Assembly: GCF_000143415.4 (NCBI RefSeq)
Contig: NW_003314272.1
Coordinates: forward strand, 1,434,374-1,498,373
Direction: 5' to 3'
Length of the DNA: 64,000 nt
From: Selaginella moellendorffii
Taxonomy: Eukaryota > Plantae > Lycopodiophyta
The notes under the pieces are model-generated. The model worked only from the letters and a program-made list of their open reading frames with translations. It was not told the origin of the DNA and ran no database searches. Each line of letters opens with the position of its first letter. Positions within the stretch are counted from its first letter, which is position 1. This document shows, piece by piece, positions 26,176 to 40,504 of the stretch. A program made the position numbers and the translations under genes.

Positions 26176-27262
26176 TCACATCAAATAGTTGGTGTTAATA
26201 AATCCACATTTGGATCCGAATGGTAGAATGAAGGTGGCTTCTGGATGTAGAAACCAAGTCCCATGGAATGGTTCACCGTTCAGCAGCGGATTGTCAAGCC
26301 CATGGCCAGCGGAGATGTCCAGATGTAAAACAAGGATACCATGTTGCATAGTCCACCAGGTCTTTGTTCCCAGTCTCCTCGCCCATCTTCATCAGCTTCT
26401 TTTGGAGTTGAAGGATCTTGGCTTCGGTCTCCTGGATCATTTTGCATACTTTGTCGACAGCCTCTTGAAAGCTTGCATTATTCGGGCTGTGGCAAAAGAT
26501 GACACAGAGATAGTTGTGGAAGCACTTGATTTTCATCTCGTGTCGGAAGGAGAAGAGGTCATTGATAAGGGCGGCGTGATCAGCCACTGCGTTGACAAAT
26601 GCTACAAAATCTGGAGATTCAACCATACCCTTATCCAGCTTGAGATCCATGCAAAACTCACACATAATGCCTCCGGCTCCTTCAACGAAAACTGTCCCTC
26701 TCCGGAGCAACTGATATTTCTCGAGACTTGGGATGGATTTGGCAGATCGCAAAGAGGCCTCCTCCACCAAAGAATCCAGAAATGTTTTCAAACAAATCAT
26801 ATAACGAGCAAACAGTGGGGGATCCATGAGACTCCGAAAGCTCGACATCACCTCCTCAAACATGGCATAGCTAGGATGCTTCTGCTTCTCTTTTTCACTC
26901 AAGACATAGCTTCCCTTAGCAACTTCAAGCAGAATATCAGCAGCTTTTGTCCCCTCTTGCTCACTGATTGTCTCAGCAATGTCATCCAGAACAAAAAGAG
27001 TCCATAAATGCTTTGATGCAACCTCTACTTTACCGCTCTCTCCTCTAGGAGTCGCTACTGGGCCTAACGAACCAAATCTTGCCTGAATAGCTTTCTCTCT
27101 TTCATATGGATCAGTGATGCATAACATTCCAATGGCCCATTCATCGGTAGCTTTGGATATCTTACTAGAATCAGGATGGCATTCAAAGGGAATGCTACAA
27201 GAGATGAAAGGCAAATCAAACTTGGTAACTCTAGACAATCTTTCAACCAAAACATCTTCCAT
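26176..27262 (-). pseudogene. Microbial terpene synthase-like (MTPSL), copy 2: intact N-terminus and metal motifs, C-terminal frameshift (ORF 27262-26294)
   Basis: Intronless MEDVLVERLSRVTKFDLP..., with LDDIAE (DDxxE) and NDLFSFRHE (NSE/DTE). A 20 bp deletion at 26305/26306 removes VYVTGRY and gives ...HLRWPWA*. Ancestral stop at 26176-26178. Confidence 0.85.
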
Positions 27263-27573
27263 CTCTCTCTCGCTCACTACCTAGTTATAGATATAATGGG
27301 AGAAAACATTAAATTATATTGTACAACTCAGAAGGTATATTTTACCCATTAACCATGTGTGCCTACTGTTGAGTTAGAGATTTATAATTACAGATCTTTT
27401 AAGGATTCACATGTGGGAGGTATATCTGGCGTGGAGGCGCCATCAAGAATAGAGGAAAATTTTAAACATGAAATGTTGACCACAAACACTGTTTGCATAA
27501 AAACTTTTTTTAAGAATGCCAAATTAATACTTTAACGTCCACCACGTGGACATATGTTGAAACAAACGTAATT

Positions 27574-28595
27574 TCACCAGTGATCCCCACACGAGCAGGC
27601 TGCCTTCTCAAAGTGGTAGAACCGGCTCCCATCTCTCACGAAAATCCTCCTCTCAGTGATATCTGAGAGGAGCTTGATCGCAGAATGGCAGTCGGAGCAC
27701 ACCCGGTGGCTGTTGAGGACTCTCAGCGGATGAGAATCGTCTGGATCAGTCCGTAGGTGATGGCAAGCCTTCGCTGTGGAAGCACAGGCTACGTTGTTTC
27801 TCCTCCTCGCTTGTGTCACCCTGCTGCTCCAAGTAAACTCCCTCGTGTCGGGGACGTATCCAGCTTACTTCATGGGCTCTAAAAGTTCCAGCAGCAGGAA
27901 CCGGACCCTCTCCATCGTCCGGCCGTCGTGACCCTCCTGCTGCTCGTCTCTACCACCACTCGTAAACATGTGTAGCTCGTTGTCAATCTCGATGTAGCTT
28001 ACTGCCACTGGCGTCGTCACTCTGCGCTCCTCCATCTCCTTCCGGACTTTTCGAGCGTCGTCAAATCGCTTGGCAGCCTGTTGGAGAGGAAGACGTAAGG
28101 GAGAGTCTCTACCGGTGCTAGCTCGAAAACTTTCCTGGCGGCTCTCTCGCCACGATTCAAGTCACCGTGGCGCTTGCAACCCGACAGGTAAAGTCATCCA
28201 GGCCACTGCGTCTGCTTGATATGGCATAGTTTCCACCAGCTCTTCGGCGTCTCCCAGTCTTCCCGAGCGGCCCAGAACGTCCACCATGCAAAGGTAGTGC
28301 TCCACCAATGGTACCACCCCGTGGTCCACCAAAGACTGGAAGAAATCTCGACAATCAGCCACGAGTGAAGTATGGCTGCAAGCAACCAGGACGCTCACGA
28401 ACGTGATTCCGTCGGCTGGAATACCTTCCTGCTCCATCCTCCTGTAAATCCTCAGTGCCTGTTTCTTACGACCGTGCTGTGTGAAGGCGGCGATTATCGC
28501 ATTGCAAGAGAAGGCGTCTCTCGTCTTCATCCTGTTAAACACGCGTCTCGCATCGTCCAGGCTTCCACACCTCGCGTACATGCTGAGCAAGGAAG
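27574..28595 (-). pseudogene. PPR-E-DYW pseudogene, partial copy of the 3' third of 31503-34286
   Basis: High identity to 31503-32548 with several indels (1, 3, 7 and 13 bp). Ends CSCGDHW*. No 5' part. Confidence 0.92.
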
Positions 28596-28836
28596 CATAG
28601 CTCCAAGCAGTACGTAAGCAACGGAAAGCTCCTCAAAAACAGAGCCTCGTATTCAGTCTTGCATGAAGTGCTCCATGTCTATCGTCCATCAGAGTGAATT
28701 GAGCCTGGACTTTTACACTGCAAAAGTTGAGATAGTAATCTAGGAACGAAGAGCTCTCAGTTTAAGAGGCGATTGCAACAACATTTGTTTCAACCCTAAA
28801 AGCCAGTAGAAACCAAAAAAGTAATATCATAAAAAT

Positions 28837-31326
28837 CTAGGTTGTAGTACTAGTGAAGGCTGACCTCGCTGACCCCTGCGGTGACCTCCTCCACTGAGTT
28901 GACCAGGCTGACCACCACCGCCAGCTTCTTGTTTCGCTTCTTCTTTGGCCTGGTTGGCAAACAAGTAAAAAGATGGCGCTCCACAACATCGTGAAGAACC
29001 CACCAAGAAATCCCACTACAAACGCCCCATTGGAGACGTTCTCCTTCCACCAAGTTGCACCATCGCCCACGTCCACGAGGCCATCTCCTTCGCACGGCCG
29101 GGAGAGAGGCTCCCCGCACAGTCCTGGATTTCCCTCGTAGCTCGACGCGCCAAACTCCAGAGTCTCTGGAATCTTGCCTTCCAAGTCATTAAACACGACC
29201 CTCAGATCCTTGAGCAAGGGAAGCCTCGCCAGTCCCCCTGGTATCGTCCCGTTGATCCGGTTGAAAGAGAGATCCAGCACTGTCATGGACGTCATTTCTC
29301 CCAGAGTCCATGGAATGCCTCCAGACAGTCGGTTGTGTGACAAGTTGAGCTCCCGGACTCCAGCCAGCTTTCCCAAGCTTGCGGGAATCTCACCAGTGAG
29401 CTGGTTCGCCGACAAGTCGAGCACTCCTGGCACCTCCAACTCCCTTGCGTATTGCTGGTACGTGTGTCCATCCAAGGCGGCAGCCATATCCTCGGACACA
29501 GTTCTTCGGTATGCATCGGTGGAGTTCTCTGGAAACACTCCCGCCGGTGTCATGGACGATATGTTGAGAGCCTGGCTCTTGTCCGCGGTCTGGAAGCCGG
29601 TCCATTCACCGATGGACGCCGGAATCTCTCCACTCAGGAGGTTGGAGGATAGATCCAGTAGCTGCAAGGAGTCACACTTTGCGAGGCTGCCAGGAATACC
29701 ACCCGTGAGCTGGTTCTCAGAGAAATCCACCTGTGTCAATCGTCGAAGCTGTCCGAGAGTGGCCGGGATGGAGCCGTCCAGCTTGTTGTTGGAGAGATAG
29801 AGTATGGAAAGTTTGGAAAGGTTGCCAACGGAGGGAGGGATGGAGCCTGAAAAACTGTTGCCGTGCAGCCTCATGTCGATTATCTCTGGCGAAGCTGGAG
29901 CTGGAATCACTCCGGAGAGCTGGTTTCCGTAGAGGAGCAAACTCCGAAGCTTTGCCATCCAGGCGATGGACTCTGGTATTGCTCCACGGAAGAAGTTCCT
30001 CTCGAGGACCAGCTCTTCCAGGTTGGTGCAGTTCCCGAGCTCCTCTGGTATTGCTCCGGAGAGCTGGTTTCCATCGAGCATTAAAAGTCTGAGACGCTCA
30101 AGCGTGCCAAGCGATCGAGGAACGCCTCCCAGGAGTCTGTTGTTGGAGAGGATCAGCGTCTCCATCCTGGGACACTTGGAGAGCTCGTCTGGAACGCTTC
30201 CTTCAAAGCGGTTCCCGTTGAGTTCCAGCGACCGAAGCCTTGTCAAGTTTCCGACGATCGGTGACAGGATCCCTTGGCTGTTTGTCCTCCCGATTCCCAG
30301 AAACTCGAGCTGAGTCATGTTCCAGAGCTGTTCCGGGACCGGACGGTCTGAGGTGTTGTTGAAACGAAAGAGTTGCAAGGTGGCCAAGCGCGGGAGCTGA
30401 AGCAGCGACACTGGAATCGAGCCATGCATGAGCGAGTTTCCGTTGATATCAAACCACTCGAGCTTGCTGTTGTTGCCGATCTCAGGAGGAATTGGCCCCT
30501 CCAGCCACTGCAAGCTATACAGTGAGAGCGCCACCAAGTTTTCGAGCCGTCCAAGCTCATCTGGTATCCTCCCGCCCAGAGAATTCTCCCCGAGCGCCAA
30601 GAGCTCGAGAGACGAGCAGTTTGCAAAAACTGGTGGAATGAGCCCTTCCAGCCGGTTTCTCTCCACGAAGAATACTCGCAGCTCCTGCATAGCCCCGACT
30701 TCCTGCGGAATCCCACCTTCAACATCATTGCTCGTCAGCCAAATCTCCTGGAGCTTCGAGCAGTTCGCAAGGGACGGAGGAAGAGAACCTGACAAGCGGT
30801 TGTTGTCCAGGACGAGTATCTCCAACCTCTGGAGCGCTCCCAGCTGGGGCGGTATCGGACCTTGAAGCTGGTTTTGCTGGGCGTTGAGAAAACGAAGAGC
30901 GCTGCAGTTGCCGAGATCCCGAGGCAAGCTCCCAGTCAGTCTGTTACCCGAGACGTCCAAAGCTTGCAAGCTTTGCAGCAGCCCGAGCTCCGCAGGAAGA
31001 GATCCGACCAGCCGGTTTTTGCTCACGTCCAAGACTCGCAAACTCGTCAGCTGCCCGAGTGCTGGCGACGAGATCTCACCTGTGAATCCATTTCCTGCCA
31101 GATGAAGCTCCACCACCTCTGAATCGTCACTGTTGCAAATCACTCCCTTCCAGTCGGTGCATGCTCGATCGGAGTATTCCACAGTCCAGTCTGAGGTGTT
31201 TCCCAGTCCTAGGAGGCTCCTTTTCAATGCAACCAAGACCCCAGCTTTGTGTGCGTTGAGTGACGCTGTAGAGGATCCAAGCGTGCTCAACAGGATCAGC
31301 CATATCATGAGTTCCATCATCTGCAA
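28837..31326 (-). CDS. LRR receptor-like protein (no kinase), intronless, 829 aa
   Basis: Signal peptide, CxxWxGVxC cap, ~20 plant LRRs, island domain followed by 4 LRRs, YEGNPGLCG cap, GxxxG transmembrane helix and short Trp/Arg tail. Confidence 0.95.
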   Translation of the reverse strand: MQMMELMIWLILLSTLGSSTASLNAHKAGVLVALKRSLLGLGNTSDWTVEYSDRACTDWKGVICNSDDSEVVELHLAGNGFTGEISSPALGQLTSLRVLDVSKNRLVGSLPAELGLLQSLQALDVSGNRLTGSLPRDLGNCSALRFLNAQQNQLQGPIPPQLGALQRLEILVLDNNRLSGSLPPSLANCSKLQEIWLTSNDVEGGIPQEVGAMQELRVFFVERNRLEGLIPPVFANCSSLELLALGENSLGGRIPDELGRLENLVALSLYSLQWLEGPIPPEIGNNSKLEWFDINGNSLMHGSIPVSLLQLPRLATLQLFRFNNTSDRPVPEQLWNMTQLEFLGIGRTNSQGILSPIVGNLTRLRSLELNGNRFEGSVPDELSKCPRMETLILSNNRLLGGVPRSLGTLERLRLLMLDGNQLSGAIPEELGNCTNLEELVLERNFFRGAIPESIAWMAKLRSLLLYGNQLSGVIPAPASPEIIDMRLHGNSFSGSIPPSVGNLSKLSILYLSNNKLDGSIPATLGQLRRLTQVDFSENQLTGGIPGSLAKCDSLQLLDLSSNLLSGEIPASIGEWTGFQTADKSQALNISSMTPAGVFPENSTDAYRRTVSEDMAAALDGHTYQQYARELEVPGVLDLSANQLTGEIPASLGKLAGVRELNLSHNRLSGGIPWTLGEMTSMTVLDLSFNRINGTIPGGLARLPLLKDLRVVFNDLEGKIPETLEFGASSYEGNPGLCGEPLSRPCEGDGLVDVGDGATWWKENVSNGAFVVGFLGGFFTMLWSAIFLLVCQPGQRRSETRSWRWWSAWSTQWRRSPQGSARSAFTSTTT

Positions 31327-31502
31327 CTTGTTACTACTTCACTCCTCTTCCGGATTTTGATGGAGAGCCCTGCAATCCATCAGTCAGTCAAGGTGCGCCA
31401 CGATTTGAACTTGACTTTGCGACCTACCTTTATCCGGCACGATTTTCTTGCTCTGACTTTGTCCCCGCCAACTCTGTACGTGAAACATAAAGAAACGTAA
31501 CT

Positions 31503-34286
31503 TCACCAGTGATCCCCACACGAGCAGGCTCCCTTCTCAAAGTGGTGGAACCGGTTCCCATCTCTCACAAAAATCGTCTTCTCAATGATATCTGAGAGGA
31601 GCTTGATCGCAGAGTGGCAGTCGGAGCACACCCGGTGGCTGTTGACGACTCTCAGCGGACGAGAATCGTCTGGATCTTTGGCAGCGATCAGTCCGTAGGC
31701 GATGGCAAGCCTTTCGCTGTGGAAGCACAGGCTACGTTGTTTCTCCTCCTCGCTTGTGCCACCCTGCTGCTCCAAGTAAACTTCCCTCGTGTCGGGGACG
31801 TATCCAGCTTGCTTCATGGGCTCTAAAAGTTCCAGCAGCAGGGACCGGACCCTCTCCATCGTCCGGCCGTCGTGACCCTCCTGCTGCTCGTCTCTACCAC
31901 CACTCGTAAACATGTGTAGCTCGTTGTCAATCTCGATGTAGCTTACTGCCACTGGCGTCGTCACTCCGCGCTCCTCCATCTCCTTCCGGACTCTTCGAGC
32001 GTCGTCAAATCGCTTGGCAGCGGCGTACATGTTGGAGAGGAAGACGTAAGGGAGAGTCTCTGCCGGTGCTAGCTCGAAAACTTTCCTGGCGGCTCTCTCG
32101 CCACGATTCAAGTCACCGTGGCGCTTGCAACCCGACAGTAAAGTCATCCAGGCCACTGCGTCTGTTTGATATGGCATAGTTTCCACAAGCTCTTCGGCAT
32201 CTCCCAGTCTTCCCGAGCGGCCCAGAACGTCCACCATGCAAAGGTAGTGCTCCACCAATGGTACCACCCCGTGGTCCATCACCAAAGACTGGAAGAAATC
32301 TCGACAATCAGCCACGAGTGAAGTATGGCTGCAAGCAACCAGGACGCTCACGAACGTGATTCCGTCGGCTGGAATACCTTCCTGCTCCATCCTCCTGTAA
32401 ATCCTCAGTGCCTGTTTCTTACGACCGTGCTGTGTGAAGGCGGCGATCATCGCATTGCAAGAGAAGGCGTCTCTCGTCTTCATCCTGTTAAACACGCGCC
32501 TCGCGTCGTCCAGGCTTCCACACCTCGCGTACATGCTGAGCAAGGAAGTCTCCATCTGCGGGGACGCGAGATGGGCTTCCACAACTCGGTGATGAATCTC
32601 TCGGCCTTCGTCCAAAGCTCCCAGCAGTGCGCAGGCATTGAGAGCACTGGAGAAGCTCACACCACTCGGCTCCACGTCCATCCTCTTGAAAAGGTTGAGA
32701 GCCTCCTGTGGATTCCCATGCTGAGCGTAGGCCGCGATCATCGAAGTCCAGGAGATCACGTTCCTAGCCGTCATGGAGTCGAAGACCTTCCGAGCTTCCA
32801 CCGGGCTCCCACACTTCCCATACATTGTCACCAGCGCGTTCTGGACGACAACGTTCGTGTCGAATCCCCGCGAAGCCAGGTGCCTGTGGACCTTCCTCCC
32901 CTTCTCCAAGTTCCCCAGCCCTTCAACAGCACCCAGGATGGTGGCGAACGTATAAGCGTTCGGTTCGATAGCCTCCACCTTGCTCATCCTGGAGAAGAGC
33001 TCCAGAGCTTCCGCGTGCTCCCCAGCCTGGACGTAGGCCGATATCATCGCCGTGTAGGACCTGACGTTCCTGGCTTTCATCCCCTCGAACACCTTCCTGG
33101 CCTCCACCATCTCGTCACACTTGAGATACATGTTGAGCAGCGAGTCCTGTAGAACATCGTCCTGCGGAACCTTGGACGCTAGAATCCTCTGGTGGATCGC
33201 TCGTCCATCAGCCAGGCCCGCAACACTAGCACAGCCACCAAGAGCGCAAGCGAAAGTCACCACGTTGGGTTCCACCCCCTCGGCGATCATCCTCCTGTAC
33301 AGCACCACCGCCATCTCTCCCCGCCCGGCGCGAGCATACGCCGAGATGATCGACGACCACGCGAACAAGTCCTTGATCTCCATCCCCTCAAACACCCTCT
33401 TCGCATCGTCGAGGCTGCCACACTTAGCATACATCTGGAGCAAGGCCGTCTCGAGCGGGATGTCCGTCCGGAAGCCCGTGATGATCAGGTGCTCGTGGAG
33501 CCGCCGCCCCTCCTCGAGCGCCTGGAGCTTGGTGCAAGCCGCCACCAAGCTCGTCACTATAAACTTGTCCGCGACGATGCCTCGCTCCTCCATCTCCCCC
33601 CAGAGCTCCAGCGCTTGCAAGGGACGGTCCTCCCTCACGCACGCCGCGATCATGATCGCGTAAGTCCTGTCGTTCTTGCTGGCGATGGAGTCGAACACCG
33701 CCTTGGCATCTTGGAACTTGCCACACCGGGCATACATGTGTACCACCAAGTTGCCCAGGTACCTGTTCACCATGAGATTATTCTCGGCAATGTGCTTGTG
33801 GACTCTCCTACCTTCTTCCAGGGATTTGTGGCGGCAGCACCGGCGGAGGAGCGATCCATAGACTAGCGCTGGATCGCTCACGTTCTGCCGATCAATCTCT
33901 GCCAGGGCATTGCCCGCGCTGGATCTCTTCAAGCTCCTGTCGACGGCGTGGATGATGCGGTACTTGAGATGGACCTGGGACGCGCGGTAATCGCGACGGA
34001 GCTGGAGCACGCCCTCGGCTAGCTGCGCGCATTCTTGCTTGACGCCATCGCGGTACCTGAGGTTGGAGGCAAGGTAGCCGAGGTAGCCGCTCGGCAGCGA
34101 TCCGAGGCTCCGCCCCTTGTACTCCCCAAACTGCATCACGCAATCCGTGGCCAGCACACCGTTGAGCTCCGTGCGTGCGATCGGCCGAGGCAGCTTCTCC
34201 CTGGCCGTGGCCATCCCGGCTTGCGCAGCCGCCGCCGCCTCCTTGGCGATGGAGGCCGCCTTGCCGCGGCATTGCGTCGTCGCCAT
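31503..34286 (-). CDS. PLS-class PPR protein with E and DYW domains (ends DHW) and an extra N-terminal domain, 927 aa
   Basis: Repeated MYxKCGS PLS motifs, E domains, HSERLA and CSDCH zinc ligands, CSCGDHW terminus. Confidence 0.95.
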   Translation of the reverse strand: MATTQCRGKAASIAKEAAAAAQAGMATAREKLPRPIARTELNGVLATDCVMQFGEYKGRSLGSLPSGYLGYLASNLRYRDGVKQECAQLAEGVLQLRRDYRASQVHLKYRIIHAVDRSLKRSSAGNALAEIDRQNVSDPALVYGSLLRRCCRHKSLEEGRRVHKHIAENNLMVNRYLGNLVVHMYARCGKFQDAKAVFDSIASKNDRTYAIMIAACVREDRPLQALELWGEMEERGIVADKFIVTSLVAACTKLQALEEGRRLHEHLIITGFRTDIPLETALLQMYAKCGSLDDAKRVFEGMEIKDLFAWSSIISAYARAGRGEMAVVLYRRMIAEGVEPNVVTFACALGGCASVAGLADGRAIHQRILASKVPQDDVLQDSLLNMYLKCDEMVEARKVFEGMKARNVRSYTAMISAYVQAGEHAEALELFSRMSKVEAIEPNAYTFATILGAVEGLGNLEKGRKVHRHLASRGFDTNVVVQNALVTMYGKCGSPVEARKVFDSMTARNVISWTSMIAAYAQHGNPQEALNLFKRMDVEPSGVSFSSALNACALLGALDEGREIHHRVVEAHLASPQMETSLLSMYARCGSLDDARRVFNRMKTRDAFSCNAMIAAFTQHGRKKQALRIYRRMEQEGIPADGITFVSVLVACSHTSLVADCRDFFQSLVMDHGVVPLVEHYLCMVDVLGRSGRLGDAEELVETMPYQTDAVAWMTLLSGCKRHGDLNRGERAARKVFELAPAETLPYVFLSNMYAAAKRFDDARRVRKEMEERGVTTPVAVSYIEIDNELHMFTSGGRDEQQEGHDGRTMERVRSLLLELLEPMKQAGYVPDTREVYLEQQGGTSEEEKQRSLCFHSERLAIAYGLIAAKDPDDSRPLRVVNSHRVCSDCHSAIKLLSDIIEKTIFVRDGNRFHHFEKGACSCGDHW

Positions 34287-34373
34287 CGCGGAGACGCATA
34301 AACCCTAAAACCCTCTCACGCAAGAACCCTAATTTCCATTATGCTCTAGTCCGTTAGAAAGTATATGCTCTAT

Positions 34374-36079
<1,706 letters not shown>

Positions 36080-36291
36080 AGAACTCCGATACGGCGATAT
36101 CTGTGTTGCCCACAGCCAAAAGAAACACTACCAAATTTAAAAAGATAAAGGACGCAGGCCACTTCAACAGCGTAAAGCTGTCTTGCCACTGTTGATCGTG
36201 TTCACAGCCGAATAAGAATAACATCAACAGAAAAGGAGCTCAAAGAGAAAGAATATTAATTGTTTGTTATAGCCACAATTGCAAATGTGAA

Positions 36292-38067
<1,776 letters not shown>

Positions 38068-38394
38068 TCTCGACAATGCGATCCTCGAAACCTTGAGCGG
38101 AAGAAGAAAAAAAGATGAAACTTCAATCAACAAGAGGAAAGAGCGCGGCACTCACGGATTTGAGAGATTCCACGATCGATGATGACGATTACGCTGCGCG
38201 ATCGATGCGCTCCGACCCGAGGGATGAACAGTGCCGCGCAAAAACCCTTGTCGTGGCAAAATAAAAAGAACGATTAATTTGTAGCTAGGGCGTGGTGGTC
38301 AGGAGAAGACCACATTGCCTGTGGACGAGGATCGCTAGCTCCAAGATTCGAACCACTGATCGAAAAGATGCCTAGAAGATTCGAGAATTTAAAT

Positions 38395-39159
38395 CTAGCT
38401 CGCCCAGGGTTCCAAGGCGTGGACCTCCTTGGCCGAGTGATCCCGGCGCTTCTTCTTCCCGGCCGAATCGTGGAGCTCCTCCTCCAACTTGAGCGAGGCC
38501 TCGAATTCCCCCGCGCGGTTGAGGCTGTCGATGAGCTTCCAGTAGACCTTGGCGCGGGGGACGCTGGGATCCGACTTGAGCGCCGCAAAGATCTTAAACG
38601 CCAGCGGCTGCTGCCCGGCGGCGACGCACGCCTCCATGAGCTCGATCGACATGAGCCGCTTGAGCTTGCATCCCCGGAGCTCCATCTCGTCCAGGATCTT
38701 CTCCAGCGCCGAGAAATTGGAGCCCCGCGCGAACGAGCGCACCAGGACGTCGTAGAATTTGCGCTCCGGGCGGTACCAGTCCTCGCGGTGGATGTGATAG
38801 AACACCTGGGAGGGCAAAATCTCTCTCCGGAATCAGCACTGGATCGGTGATCATCCTCGGTTCACCTTGCTCGCGACTTCCATCTGCCCCTTCTCCAGCA
38901 GAGTGTGCAGCATTGACAGGAGATCCTCCTTGAGCAGCCGAGGCAGCCTCTCCCTGCTCGTCGCATCCAGCCTCTCGGCATCGCCCCGCAAGGACGTGAG
39001 AAGAACCAGCGCGCTCTGCGCATCCTTGCTGCAGGAATGGCGGTAGAACCGCTCCAGCATCGTGTTGCGCGTCCGCCATGCGCCCCGGTAGTAGAATCTA
39101 CACGCGCCCAGCCGCCGATCGCCCGCCGCCGCTGCCGCAAATCCGGAAGAGCGGATCAT
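38395..39159 (-). CDS. THA8-like small PPR protein; intron 38806-38865
   Basis: Organelle-like transit peptide, SKDAQSAL...LPRLLKEDLL...ASK|VFYHIHREDWYRP pattern typical of the THA8 family, and a few P-type repeats. Confidence 0.8.
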
Positions 39160-39402
39160 TCCCAAGAACCCCAAAGGGTCACAAGAACCCTAAAGGCTAA
39201 AAGTTCCAAGAACCCTAAACCCTGGAAATGCTAAAGGTAAATTTTTAAAAGGCAATGTAAGACCCCTATAAAATCATTTAAAAGGCAAAAGAACCACACA
39301 CTACTTAAAGATTGTTTACATCGACTCTACGCTTCCAGTAAAACCTCAAAATAGGAAAAAGAATCCAGTCCTTCGTTTCGTTCTTCCCGCCAGCGACGAT
39401 CA

Positions 39403-40272
<870 letters not shown>

Positions 40273-40504
40273 CTATCCAGGAGGAGGAGCGATGAAAAAG
40301 ATCCACTCGCACCGCCCTTGCGCGCTCGAAGAAACCTAGCTCCCTAACCCTGGAATGACACCCTACCAAGTGACAAAGGGCGTAAAAGAATTTAATTTTA
40401 CAAAGCGACCGTACACTTTAGGGTTCTTCCATTCGAGCAAAATTTTCTTGGGTTCACGATGGATCATCATCTCGCGCGGCGCAGCGCTCCTTCGCGATCG
40501 GCCA

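Larger units (their letters stand above)
18781..26999. repeat. Tandem segmental duplication, copy 2 (contains gaps)
   Basis: Matches 1661-7530 and 16090-18312. The 100-N gap sits where copy 1 has ~8.56 kb. Confidence 0.95.

Noticed and set aside
28850-28970. Alternative frame RPKKKRNKK after the RLP transmembrane helix, suggesting a frameshift
   Set aside because: The called frame already gives a plausible Trp/Arg-rich RLP tail and an intact ORF.
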